Shown here piece by piece: positions 14,140 to 26,248 of a stretch of DNA of 64,000 nucleotides (within the stretch, counting starts at the first letter, position 1; each line of letters opens with the position of its first letter). Origin of the DNA: Hydrolagus colliei (taxonomy: Eukaryota); contig CM068769.1 in assembly GCA_035084275.1 (NCBI GenBank), positions 1,426,001 through 1,490,000 on the forward strand, read 5' to 3'. The notes beneath the pieces were generated by a model. That model was not told the DNA's origin. It saw nothing but the letters and a program-made list of their open reading frames with translations, and did not search any database. The position numbers and the translations under genes were made by a program.

Positions 14140-15075
14140 GATGAACAACAACAACAATTTACATTTATAGAACGCCTTTCACGACGGGAGGACGTCCCAA
14201 GGCGCTAAGCAAGAGGCGGGTGACCCGAGCTGGGAGGTGAGTGTTTGGGAAGGGATGAAACACGAAGGGGAGGTAAAAGAGTTCGGGATGGAACAAAAGG
14301 CACGATCGAAAAGGAAGTCTTCAATTCGGCCTTGAAAGAGGAAAGGGAAGAGGCGAAACGGAGGGATTGAGGGATGGCATTCCATCAGGTGGCAGCGGAG
14401 AAACTGAATGCCCGGCCTCCGATGGTGGGGCGTTTCGGGTGGGGGACTTGGATCAGGCCAAGTCCTGTTGAACGGAGGGTCTGGGTGGGCGTGTAGGGGG
14501 AGAGTAGATCGGTTATGTAGGATGTGGCAAGGCCGTGTAAGGCCTTGTAGGTGAGGACGAGGATTTTAAATTCGATCCTCTGGAGGATGGGGAGCCAGTG
14601 GAGACGGGCGAGGGTGGGGGTTATGTGGTCACGGAGGCGGATGCGGGATAGTACACGGGCTGCAGAGTTTGGGATGGCCTGCAGCCTATGAATGGAGGAA
14701 CTGGAGAGGCCGACGAGGAGAGAATTTCCGTAATCCAGCCGTGAGGTGATGTACTCGTGCACGAGTGTTTCGGCAGCGCGGGGGGTAAAATAATTGCGGA
14801 GCCTGGCAATGTTGTGCAGATGGAAAAAGGCGGTGCCGGTCAAGGCGCGGATGTGGGGGAGGAAGGAAAGTTTTTGATCGAACATGATGCTGAGGTTCCT
14901 GATTGGCCTGATGACGTGGAGAGTGCAGCCTTGGATGGTGAGGCTGGCAGCGCCCGATGTGCGGAGGCGCTGGCTTGAGCCAATCAGGAGGGCCTCGGTA
15001 TTATTCACGTTCAATTGCAAAAAGTTGTCCCTCGTCCACGATTCGATGTCGGACAGACATACTGTCAGAATACCG
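14140..15075 (-). mobile_element. 5'-truncated L2 LINE
   Basis: ORF 14385-15020 is the L2 ORF2 C-terminus (SRLDYGNSLLVGL...HITPTLARLHWLPILQRIEFK); (caa)n tail at about 14140-14160. Confidence 0.92.
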
Positions 15076-15699
15076 ATCGTCTGGGGGTCCTAATGAACTG
15101 TCTGAAAATCAACAAATAACCGATTTTAAACTTAATGGGGACACCGACTATGGCAAGTCAAAGGCAATAAGTACCGTAGATCTGCCAAGTTGCTGGTTGA
15201 TGCATTATTCTAGCTGAGTTGATATACTTGGCAGGGAAAGCGAATCATCATTTTACAAACAGAAATATGTTTCCATTTATATATCAGACAACCTCCCAAG
15301 AGTGAGCTATCCAGCAAATTGTTCCTATTCGTAACGGTTGTTTAAACAAACAAGTTCAGGCCATTGTTCTATGTGATTGTTGTTCTCGTCGGAAATTACA
15401 TTCCTACAAAGTTCTTGCTCCAAAAATAGTTCATATTTTACTTTGTATTTCTGTACGTACATATGCCAAAAGAGGGTATGTAGAGAAATATGTACATCCT
15501 AATGAACTGTCTGATAATCTCTCAAATACAACTGGACATTAATGTAGATCACTATGAGTAGGAGAATATTAGGTCCCAGCGTATGGTTTACATGATAGGA
15601 TGAAAGTTCTCCTCCAACGGTAACTCGCACAATATATGAGAAAGTTCTTGGTTTAACAGGAATGCAACTATGATGGTACACTCTATATGTGAACTCCAG

Positions 15700-16200
15700 T
15701 TGTGTAAGATAGCCTCTACTGGCCGTTGTGTTTCCATCCCGACGTTCCCGTCGGGATGGAAACACGAGTAGGCTGGATCCCGCTGAATGGAGAGAGTGGT
15801 CAGGTAGATATGGGGTCAGCAGATTCGAAGAGTAGGAGGTGGCAATGCCTTGGAAGGCATTGAAAGTGAGGACAGATTTCCTGCAATTCGATCTGGTGAA
15901 TAGTTTCTGGTGCGGGGAGAACAAGGGCTTTAAAGTTTTGGATTTCCCACAGCTTGTGGACCGAAGTGTTGGTAAGTCCATCTTGAGGGGAGTTCGTGTC
16001 ATCGAGGCTTGGGAGGCAAACACGTCACATGGGTTTCACAGGCCTGAGGCAGTGACCAAAACAGACAATGTTGCAGACATTATGGAAGGTGATGCTGATC
16101 ATGGCACGGATAAGGGTGAGAGAGGACAGTTGATGATCAGACAAGATACACAGGTGATCAGTCAGGTTGGGGAAGTTACTCTATATGGGTTCATAGAATG
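15700..16200 (-). mobile_element. Old L2-like fragment interrupted by the CR1 at 16233
   Basis: Similar to L2 ORF2 C-terminal DNA (ttggaaggcattgaaagtgaggacag...ttcgatc). Confidence 0.55.
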
Positions 16201-16232
16201 TCCAACAAATCTTGGTAAAGTAGAAAAATAAG

Positions 16233-19200
16233 TAGATTCATAGATTCATAGAATTTTACGGAACAAGCAGAGGCCATTCGGCACAACTAGTCTGTGCCGG
16301 CTCTTTGACAAGAGCGATGCAGTCCCACTGCCCTGCCCGCTCCCCATAGCCTAATTGACCTGTTCTCCCGAAATAAAGATCTAATTCCCTTTTAAAAGTT
16401 GATATCGAAACAGCCTCCATCACCTTTTAAGGCAATGCATTCCAGATTCGAACAACTCGATGAGTGAAAACATTTCTCCTCAGCTCCCCTCTACTTCGCC
16501 TTGAAACTATTTAAACTCTGGGACCACGAGTCACAGATTCGCCCACGAGTGGAAATAGTTTTTCTCTATTTGCCCTGTCGAAACCCCTCATGATCTTATA
16601 AACCTCTATTAGGTCTTCCCTCAATCTTCTCTGCTCCAGAGTGAATAACCCTAGCCTATCTAGCCTCTCCTCATAGCTGAAGTCCCTCAATCCTGGCACC
16701 ATCCTAGTATATCTTCTTTGTACCCTTTCCAAAGTCTTCACATCCTTTCTATAGTGTGGTGACCAGAATTGAACACAGTATTCCAGCTCAGGCCTCACCA
16801 AAGTCTTATAGAGGTTAGTCAGCACTTCCTGACTTTTGTACTCTATACCCCTATTTATAAAGCCTAGTATCCCATATGCCTTCTTATCAGCCTTGTCTAC
16901 CTGTCCTGCCACCTTCAACGAGTCACCAACACAAATCCCCAGTTCTCTCTGTTCCTTCACACCATTTAAAATGTTACTATCTAGCCTATATTGCCTCCCT
17001 TCATTTCTTCTCCCAAAATGCATCACCTCACACTTCTCTGCATTAAACTTCATCTGCCATGTGTCTGCCCATTTTACCAATTCGTCTATATCCTCTTGCA
17101 GATGGCTACTATCCTCCTCACTATTTACTATTCTCCCTAACTTCGTGTCATCTGCCAACTTGGAAACTGTACTCCGTACACCCAAGTCCAGATAATTGAT
17201 GTAGATTACAAACAGCAATGGTCCCAAAACTGATCCATGTGGCACAGCACTGCTCACTTCCCTCCAGTCTGAAAAACAGCCGCTCACTACAACTCTCTGC
17301 TTTCTGTCTCGCAGTCAGTTGTGGATCCACGCTGCCACTGTCCCTTTTACGGCATGGGCCTTTAATTTCGTAATAAGTGTCTCATGTGGCACTTTGTCAA
17401 ATGCCTTTTGAATGTCCATGTAAACTACATCAACTGCGCTACCATTATCCACACATTCCGTTACCTCATCAAAACATTCTGTCAGATTTGTAAGGCAAGA
17501 TTTGCCTTTAACAAATCCATGTTGACTGTCCTTTATTAGCCTATATCTTTCTAAGTGAAGATCTACCTTGTCCCTGATTATGGACTCTAGAAGTTTGCCC
17601 ACTACCGACGTTAGACTGACTGGTCTGTAGTTACCAGGCTTGCCCTTCTGCCCCTTTTTAGACAAGGGAGTAACATTAGCTATCCTCCAGTCCTCTGGCA
17701 CGACCCCTGTGTCCAAGGAAGATTGAAAGATCGTGGCCAGAGTCCCTGCTGTTTGCTCCCGTGCCTCCCTTAGTAACCTAGGGTGCATCCAATCCGGACC
17801 ATGTGACTTATCCACCTTGAGCGACGTCAACCTTTTTGAACTTCCTCTCTGGTTATAATTATTCTATCCATTTCTCCTACCCTCTCCTCCAATACCATGG
17901 CATTGTCTGTATCCTGTTCTTTTGTGAAGACAGAGGCGAAGTACTCATTCAGTACATCAGCCACGCCCTCTGCCTCCACAATGAGATTTCCTCCTAGGTC
18001 CCTAATTGGCCCCACACTATCCTTGACCAACCTGTTACTCTTAATAGGTTGGTAAAAAACCGTTGCGTTCCCCTTAATCTTACTCGCTAATTGTTTTTCA
18101 TGCAGTCTCTTTGCCCCCCTAACTTCCTTTTTTAGTTCTATCCTACACTTCCTATATTCTGCTTGGAACCCTTCTGAATTTTGAGCCTGAAACTTATCAT
18201 AAGCCTCTTTTTTTGTTTTATTTTGGCCCCGATTTCCTTAGTCATTCAGGGAGATTTGGTTGCCTTACATTTCATCTTTGTGGGGATGCTTTCGACCTGT
18301 GCCTGAACTATCTCCTCTTTGAACGCTGCCCACTGCTCGTTAGTTGTCTTACCTGCCAATTTTTCTTTCCAATCCACCTTGGCTAGGTCCCACCTCAACT
18401 CATTGAAATTAGCACTTTTCCAGTTGAGTGTCCTCACCCGTGATCGTTCCTTATACCTTTCCATAATTATTCTGAATTTAACGATATTGTGGTCACTATT
18501 CCCTAGATGCTCACCTACAGAAACCTGTTGAACTTGCCCTACCTCATTTCCCAAAACTAGATCCAGGAATGCTTCTTTCCTCGTTGGACTGGAAACATAC
18601 TGATCAAGAAAGTTGTCCTGCACACACTTCAGGAATTCTTCTCCCTCCTTGCCCTTTACTCTACTATTCTGCCAGTCTATGTTGGGATAGTTGAAGTCAC
18701 CCATTATCACTACTCTATTAGCTCTGCATTTCTCCGTGATACGCTTGCAGATCTGCTTGTCTATCTCCTCCCCACTATTTGATCGTCTATAGAATATCCC
18801 TAACAGTGTAACTGCACCTTTTTTATTCCTCATTTCTAACCAGATAGATTCGGTTTTTAGTCCTTCTTCCACCTCGTTCCTTTCTAAGGCAGTCACTGAG
18901 TCCTTAACTAAAATTGCCTCCCCGCCCCCTTTTCTCCCTACTCTATCCCTCCTGAATACATTATAATCAGGAAAGTTCAACTCCCATTCCTGCCCATGCT
19001 GGAGCCAAGTCTCTGTTACTGCTATAACATCATATCGCCTCGCAGCAACCTGAGCCTGCAGCTCACCAATTTTATTTCTCAAACTTCGTGCATTTACATA
19101 CATACACTCTAAGGCACACATTACTTCCTCTGCACTTTTCTCCCATCTTACCCTTACCCCTGTCCTATTTGTTACCCCTCCCGTATATGCACTACTGATC

Positions 19201-19760
19201 AGTTTCCCACCCTCACCCCCCGGGATGAGTTTAAACCCCCCCACACAAAACTCGACAACCTCCCTGCAAGGAGATTGGTTCCAGCCCTGTTCAGGTGTAA
19301 CCCATCCATTTTGTACAGGTTCCACCTTCGCCAGAATTGGTCCCAATGGTCTGGGAACCAGAAACCCTCCTTCCTACACCACTTCCCCAGCCATCCATTG
19401 ATGTGCCTTATTCGAGCATTCTGGATCTGGCTTGCTCGAGGCGCTGGAAGCAACCCAGAGATCACCACTCTCGAAGTTCCACTTTTCAGTTTACTCCCTA
19501 GTCTCTGGTACTCTCCATGGAGCATCTCAGGTCTTTTCCTCTCAACTTCATGGGCACCAACATGGACCACCACAAGTGGATTTTCACCTTCCCCTAGCAG
19601 AATTTCATGCACCAGCTCAGTCAAGTCTTCAACCCTAGTACCTGGTAGGCAACACACCTTCCGAGATTCGCGTTTCCGTTCACAAAAACGCCTATCTATA
19701 CCTCGGACAGTTGTATCTCCTATTAAAATGGTCTTTATGGAGTTGGTTTGTCCAACCTAG
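16233..19760 (-). mobile_element. Long CR1 LINE: complete but disabled ORF2 (APE endonuclease and RT) plus the 3' half of ORF1
   Basis: ORFs 18246-19346 (YVNARSL...GDFNYP...SDH), 17315-17830 and 16511-17287 (ADDT); tail (tagattca)n at 16233; several stops and frameshifts. Confidence 0.97.
19199..19740 (-). pseudogene. CR1 ORF1 SGNH-esterase domain, 5'-truncated
   Basis: ILIGDTTVRGID...VCCLPGTRV...VVVHVGAHE...DGLHLNRAG matches the SGNH blocks known from CR1/L2 ORF1 proteins. Confidence 0.85.
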
Positions 19761-20109
19761 TTGTCTCACTCTCTTACTTATGCTTCACACTGTCCGCCCT
19801 CTCTGTCTGCCCTCTCCCACACTACATCCACTGTGTCATTTACCGTGTTTCGAACACGTTTTCTTCTTTTCGCTGTTTTCTTTTTTTGTTTCTTCCACTC
19901 TGTCTCGTTCCCTATCTGTGTCTTTCAATTTATTTACCGCTTTCGCTACCATCCCCTCAAGATCTCTCTCTTTATGCTAATATACAGGCCTCATTTTTTC
20001 CTGTTGTTGTCGTATCCGGCTTTGTCTTCCTCACACTATCTCTTACTCTACCACCCCACTCCACTCAACCCCCATCCCCACACCAACTCTACTTTAACTC
20101 TCCTTCAAC

Positions 20110-21935
20110 TACCAACATATTTTACCAACATATTAAGAGTAAAAGGTTGGTCAAGTATCTGGTGGGGCCAATTAGGGACCTAGGAGAAAAATTGCATTGT
20201 GGAGGCAGAGGCTGATGTACTGAATGAGTACTTCGCCTCTGTCTTCACAAAAGAAAAGGATATAGCCAATGTCATGGTATTAGAGGAGAGGGTAGAAGAA
20301 ATGGATAGAATAATTATAACCAGAGAGGAAGTTCTGAAAAGGTTGACGTTGCTCAAGCTGGATAAGTCACCTGGTCCGGATGGGATGCACCCTGGGTTAC
20401 TAAGTGAGGCACGGGAGCAAATAGCAGGGACTCTGGCAACGACCTTTCAATCTTCCTTGGACACAGGGGTCGTGCCAGAGGATTGGAGGGTAGCTAATGT
20501 TACTCCCTTGTATAAAAAGGGTCAGAAGGACAAGCCTGGTAACTGCAGACCAGTCAGTATAACGTCGGCAGTGGGCAAACTTCTAGAGTCCATAATCAGG
20601 GACAAGGTAGATCTTCACTTAGAAAGATATAGGCTAATAAAGGACAGTTAACATGGATTTGTTAAAGGCAAATCTTGCCTTACAAATCTGATAGAATTTT
20701 TTGATGAGGTAACGGAATGGGTGGATAATGGTAGCGCAGTTGATGTAGTTTACATGGACTTTCAGTAGGCATTTGACAAAGTGCCGCATGAGAGACGTAT
20801 TATGAAATTAAAGGCCCATGGAGTAAAAGGGACAGTGGCAGCGTGGATCCACAACTGGCTGCGAGACAGAAAGCAGAGAGTTGTAGTGAGCGGCTGTTTT
20901 TCAGACTGGTGGGAAGTGAGCAGTGTTGTGCCACAGCGATCAATTTTGGGACCATTGCTGTTTGTAATCTACATCAATGACCTGGACTTGTGTGTACGGA
21001 GTACAGTTTCCAAGTTTGCAGATGACACTAAGTTAGGGAGAATAGTAAATAGTGAGGAGGATAGTAGCCATCTGCAAGATGATATAGACAAATTGGTAAA
21101 GAGGGCAGACACATGTCAGATGAAGTTTAATGTGGAGAAGTGTGAGTTGATGCATTTTGGGAGAAGAAATGAAGGGAGGCAATATAGGCTAGATAGTACA
21201 ATTTTAAATGGTGTGAAGGAACAAAGAGACCTGGGGATTTGTGTTATTGACTCGTTGAAGGTGGCAGGACAGGTAGACAAGGCTGTTAAGAAGGCATATG
21301 GGATACTAGGCTTTATAAATAGGGGTATAGAGTACAAAAGACAGGAAATGCTGACTAACCTCTATAAGACTTTGGTGAGGCCTCAGCTGGAATACTGTGT
21401 TCAATTCTGGTCACCACGCTACAGAAAGGATGTGAAGGCATTGGAAAGGGTACAACGAAGATTTACTAGGATGGTGCCAGGATTGAGGGACTTCAGCTAT
21501 GAGGAGAGGCTAGATAGGCTAGGGTTATTCTCGCTGGAGCAGAGAAGATTGAGAGGAGACCTAGTAGAGGTTTATAATATCATGAGGGGTTTCGACAGGG
21601 CAAATAGAGAAAAACTATTTCCACTCGTGGTTGAATCTGTGACTCGTGGTCACAGATTTTAAATAGTTTCAAGGCGAAGTAGAGGGGATCTGAGGAGAAA
21701 TTGTTTCACTCAGCGAGTTGTTCGAATCTGGAATGCATTGCCTGAAAAGGTGATGGAGGTTGATTCGATAACAACTTTTAAAAGGGAATTAGATCTTTAT
21801 TTAGGGTGAACAGGTCTATTAGGCTATGGGGAGCGGGCAGGGCAGTGGGATTGAATCGCTCTGTTCAAAGAGCCGGCACAGACTAGATGGGCCGAATGGC
21901 CTCCCTTTGTGCCGTAAAATTCTATGAATCTATGA
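20110..21935 (+). mobile_element. 5'-truncated CR1 LINE, head-to-head with the 16.2-19.8 kb copy
   Basis: RT ORFs 20199-20651 and 20781-21662 with premature stops; (atctatga) tail. Confidence 0.97.
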
Positions 21936-23524
21936 GAGTGAAATTTGTGGCTGCCTGGCACCTTGATTGATCAATTAATCCACAACTGTTTGTGCAATGT
22001 TCCTGTGCATCAGTTAGTTCACGTGCATCCTCATAATTAAAAGCTCACTGCACTTTACAGTGTGTTCCGTGAAGCGTCTTCGGATGTCAAGAAGACGTAA
22101 CAAATAGTAGATTAAATGATAGGATTATCAGGGATAATTAATTGATTGGAATAGTCTGTGTATAATTTCCATTCTGCATTCGCATTCGCTTTTCTTAGTT
22201 CCGGAGATTGTAAATACAGGTTGGAAAGAGCTCTTCAGATTGGGGACCTCAGATTGAGGGTTGGAGTACCTGCTGGAGTTTAACCAAGTTGCCCTTCATT
22301 GCGTTGGCAGGCAAAAATTCCCGCGGATGATGATAATATGTGAAACAGAACATATTTGATTTTCGAAGTACATAGCATATGATCTGTACATCAACAAACC
22401 ATTGTTTACAAACTCTACAGCAAATGCATTGCGTTACTTTTGAAGACGAGTCAGCTATATTGATTGTAATAGGGTAGGATCTTATGGCATTTTTATTGTT
22501 CTTACTATTAAATTGTACTTTAAATAATTTTTAGAAGAAATTTCGAAGTGGATTTCGGTGATGGTTAAGCCAGAGCAATTAATTTTTCAGGTTGCACATA
22601 ATGGGATGTTGCTTTTCTTACTATATTTTAGCTCCCTTAAAAGTCTACATTTACAAGATGATAACTTTGGATTCACGAGGTATTTTGTCATATAATTTGG
22701 AATAAATTGTGAATATTACCAATTGCACCGACAATTGTGTGAATATTGCTTTTTATTTACTTTTCCACATTTGTTCCACCAACATATTACTTGATTTTTT
22801 CATAGTTCATTATATTATAAACTTCATTCACTTGGGATAGCGACGTTAATATCTGGTATATTAAAAATATCGGTTCCTTATTAAGAAAACAATATTTGAA
22901 ATGTTAGTTTTAGAATAGAGTATACAATAATCCTTGCCTAACATACAGTATATTTCATGTGTTCACACTTCTCATCGAGCTGCACAGAATATATATATAT
23001 CGAGCCGAGAGCCAGCCAGAGTGAGCTACGGACGGAGTGAGGCGAGGACAGAGTGAGAAGGAATTGGGTGAGAGTGGGAATCGCTGCAGGAACTGCTATT
23101 TTGTGAGTATTCAAGTGTGTTCAAGTGCTGGGTTTGGTTGTGCTACCAAAACTGCTGACCAAATCTTTAGATTGGTAGACTGTTTATGATTGGTAGTTGG
23201 TTGATTGGTCTTGTCACATATAGGGATCAGCTGTAGGCAATTAGGTGTTAATGGTTAAAAACTGCTGACCAACTGGTTCAAAACAGGGTATCAAAAAAAA
23301 AGGGTCTAGCTGCGGGAGCCTTAATCGAGCCGAGAGCCAGCCAGAGTGAGCTACGGACGGTGTGAGTATTGGTTTGTTTGTGGTGGACGCGGCAGGAGAG
23401 TTTGGTTTGAATTATTGTTTATTTTGGGGCTAAGAGAGAGTAGGTGGTTTTGTTGGGTTTGTGGTGGTGTGGGGGGGGTGATTCCCTTCTTCCTTCTTCC
23501 TGGCGAGGGGCTTTGGGCCCGGCC

Positions 23525-26239
23525 ATGGGAAGAAAGAACAAGGAAATGAAGGGGAAAAAAGAGGCGGAGGGCGAGAGCAGTTTGGAAAAAGGAGAGGCAA
23601 TGGAGAACTCTAGTGGGAGAGTGCAGAAGGAGAAAACAGAGAGCAGAGAGAAGGGGGACAGCAGGGGAGAGGGGGGAGAGGGAGGCAATGAAAGAAGAGG
23701 GAGAGAAATCAAACGAGGGGAGAGAACAGGAGGGAAGGAGGCAAGGGAGAGTGGGGAAAAAGGGGAGGAGGTGGGGGTCAAGCCAGTAGTTAAGGAGGGG
23801 AAAACCCTGGGGCAACAGGTCAGGTCGAAATCCGTGGGGGGTTTCAGCGAGGCCGGTGCGGGAAGCCTGTTTGGGGGGGAGAGAAGGCAGTTACTGGCGG
23901 TGGGAAGCCATGTTGGGGGGGAGAGAAGCGGGGAGGCAGCAACGGCGGGAAGCCGAGTGGCCGTGGTAGGAAGCAGTGGGGATAAGGAGACAAGGCCTAT
24001 CCCGGCGACGGGAAGCCGTGCGACCGTGGTGGGAGGCCGTGGGGGTGTGGAGAAGGAGACAAGACCTATACCGGCGACGGGAAGCCGTGCGGCCGTGGTG
24101 GGAGGCCGTGGGGACAAGGAGACAAGGCCTATACCGGCGACGGGAAGCCGTGTGGCCGTGGTGGGAGGCCGTGGGGATAAGGAGTCAAAGCCTACCCCGG
24201 CGACGGGAAGCCGTAAGGCCGGGGGGGGAGGCCGTGTGGGTAAGGAGACAAGGCCTCTACCGGCGGCGCGAAGCTGTAGTGGGGGGGAGAGAAGCGGGGA
24301 GGCGGCTAAGGCAGGAAGCCGTGAGGGGGGGGTGGCGGAGAGAAACGGGGAGGCAGCAGCGGCGGGAAGCCGGGGGGGAAACGAGACAAGACCGGTACCG
24401 GCGGCGGGAAGACGTAACGCGGTGGCGGGAAGCGGTGAGGCCGGGGTGGGTAACCGGGAGCCAGGAGCAAGAGGTCGGGAGGTAGCGGCGGGAAGCCGGA
24501 AAGAAGAGAATTAAGTTTGTGAGGCCGCGGCGGGAAGCGGTGAGAGACAAACGAGCGGAACCGTGGAGGTAAGCCACGAAACCACGGGGGGGTCCCGGGA
24601 TGCTGCACAGGCAGGAGTAGGGACACAAAAAGGCGCAGATAGCGAAGCGAGGAAGACTGAGAGGGAAGAGAAGACTAGAGACGGAGAGACCAGGGAGAGC
24701 AGAGGGGGGAGAGCCCCCAGCACCGAGGCCGCAGGAGAGGCAGGGAGGAAAGAGCCCAGCCCCCCGGAAATGACGGAGGCGGGGCCAAAGAAGGCAGGAG
24801 AGGGAGGACCGGAAGTAGTAGCTCCCCCTAGTGGGGAGAAGGCTTCCACAAGTCAGGGAAAGGCAGGCCCCATAACTTATGCATCAGCGGTGGCGTCAAA
24901 AAAGGGGGGCCCAAAGGAAGACCCAAAGGGGAAAGACACCAAAAGGGAAAGAAAGGATGCGGAAGTATACATAAAATACACCGTACTCTTTCGGGTAAAG
25001 GAGAACCGAAAAATGGATAGGAAAACCTTTATAAGGGAAGTACTGATCCAAATATGCGGAAGCACCAAGGAAAAAATGAGGTGCGTTTACGAGGACGGGG
25101 AAAAGAGAAGGTACGAGGTCACATGTACCTCGTACGACGAGGCAGTGAAACTGAAAACAGTGGCACTGCAGAACCAGGGGAATGAACTGATGTCAGCCTA
25201 TGAGGTGACAACGGCATTCCAAGAAAGACAGAGGCAGGAGAGGAGAGCCGTGGTTAGAATGAGTGACCCGCAAGTGCCGGCGTCGGAAATCAGGGTATAT
25301 CTTAACAGGCAGTGTGAGGAGATCCAGTCGATCTCCGAAATACTGGAAGACGGGATCTGGACATCCGAATGGGAAGTCCTTCTGAAATTGGGGAGGAAAG
25401 GAGAGGGTAATGTGGTACATATCCCCTCCCGTTTCACCATTGGGAGTTTCAGGGGAACTATTTTTTACCCTGGACAACCCCGAGCATGCCTAAGATGTGG
25501 GCAAGTGGGGCATTACGTGGCAGCCTGCACACAAACAATGTGCTGGAACTGCAAGGGACTGGGACATGTGGCTAAGGAGTGCACATTGGGTAAGAGATGT
25601 GACCTATGTAGAGAAACAGGTCACCTCTACCGCACGTGCCCACAAAGAAGGGGGTCTAAAATAATGCAAAGCCGGGAGGTTGGGAGACAGGAAGGGAGAA
25701 AGGAGTCGGGGGAAGGGAAAGGACAGGACGAGGAACTGGGTGGGGAAGTTTTGGGGGGGGTAGAGATACCCTTGGAGAGGAGGGAGTGTGAGTCAGGACG
25801 CACCAGTGGGGAGGAAATGGACACTTTGGACAATTCCAAACGGGACAGAGAAACCTGGCAGGTAGTCGGGAAAAGTAGCCGGAAAAAAAAGGGGATACAA
25901 CTCAAAAGAAGCGGCTATGATAGTGATAGTGACGGAGGAAAGAGGAGGGAGAAAGGAGGGAGAAAGGAGGAAGGAACGCCTGCCCCCCCCCAAAAAAGGC
26001 AGTTGATGGAGGTGGTGGAGGTAGTGGAAAAAACCTCAAAGAAAGGGAAAGAGACTAAAGAGACAGAAAAAGGAGAAGAACTTGGGAGGACCCCTGAACC
26101 TGAACCCGAAGCAGGGAAGACGCCGGAGGAGACGGAAAAGAGGACCAACAACCCAACCAAGACGGGAGACAACCCCGGAGGAGATGGAGAGGAAAAAGGA
26201 CTGGAACAGATGGAAGAGGGGGGAAACGGGCGAGTATAA
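23525..26239 (+). pseudogene. Tx1 ORF1 (about 905 codons): repetitive charged N-terminus, putative RRM-like region, 3x CX2CX4HX4C; one in-frame TAA at 24512-24514
   Basis: ORFs 23444-24514 and 24563-26239 are in the same frame and the 16 codons between them are open; knuckles CLRCGQVGHYVAAC, CWNCKGLGHVAKEC, CDLCRETGHLYRTC; start ATG at 23525 is inferred. Confidence 0.8.
23947..24290 (+). repeat. 63-bp tandem repeat (about 5 units) inside Tx1 ORF1 encoding GSRAAVVGGRGDKETRPIPAT
   Basis: gggaagccg recurs at 23947, 24010, 24079, 24142, 24205. Confidence 0.9.
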
Positions 26240-26248
26240 AAAATGTAA

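Noticed and set aside
19748-20215. ORFs of 140-155 aa between the CR1 copies
   Set aside because: Low-complexity pyrimidine tract read into a CR1 fragment
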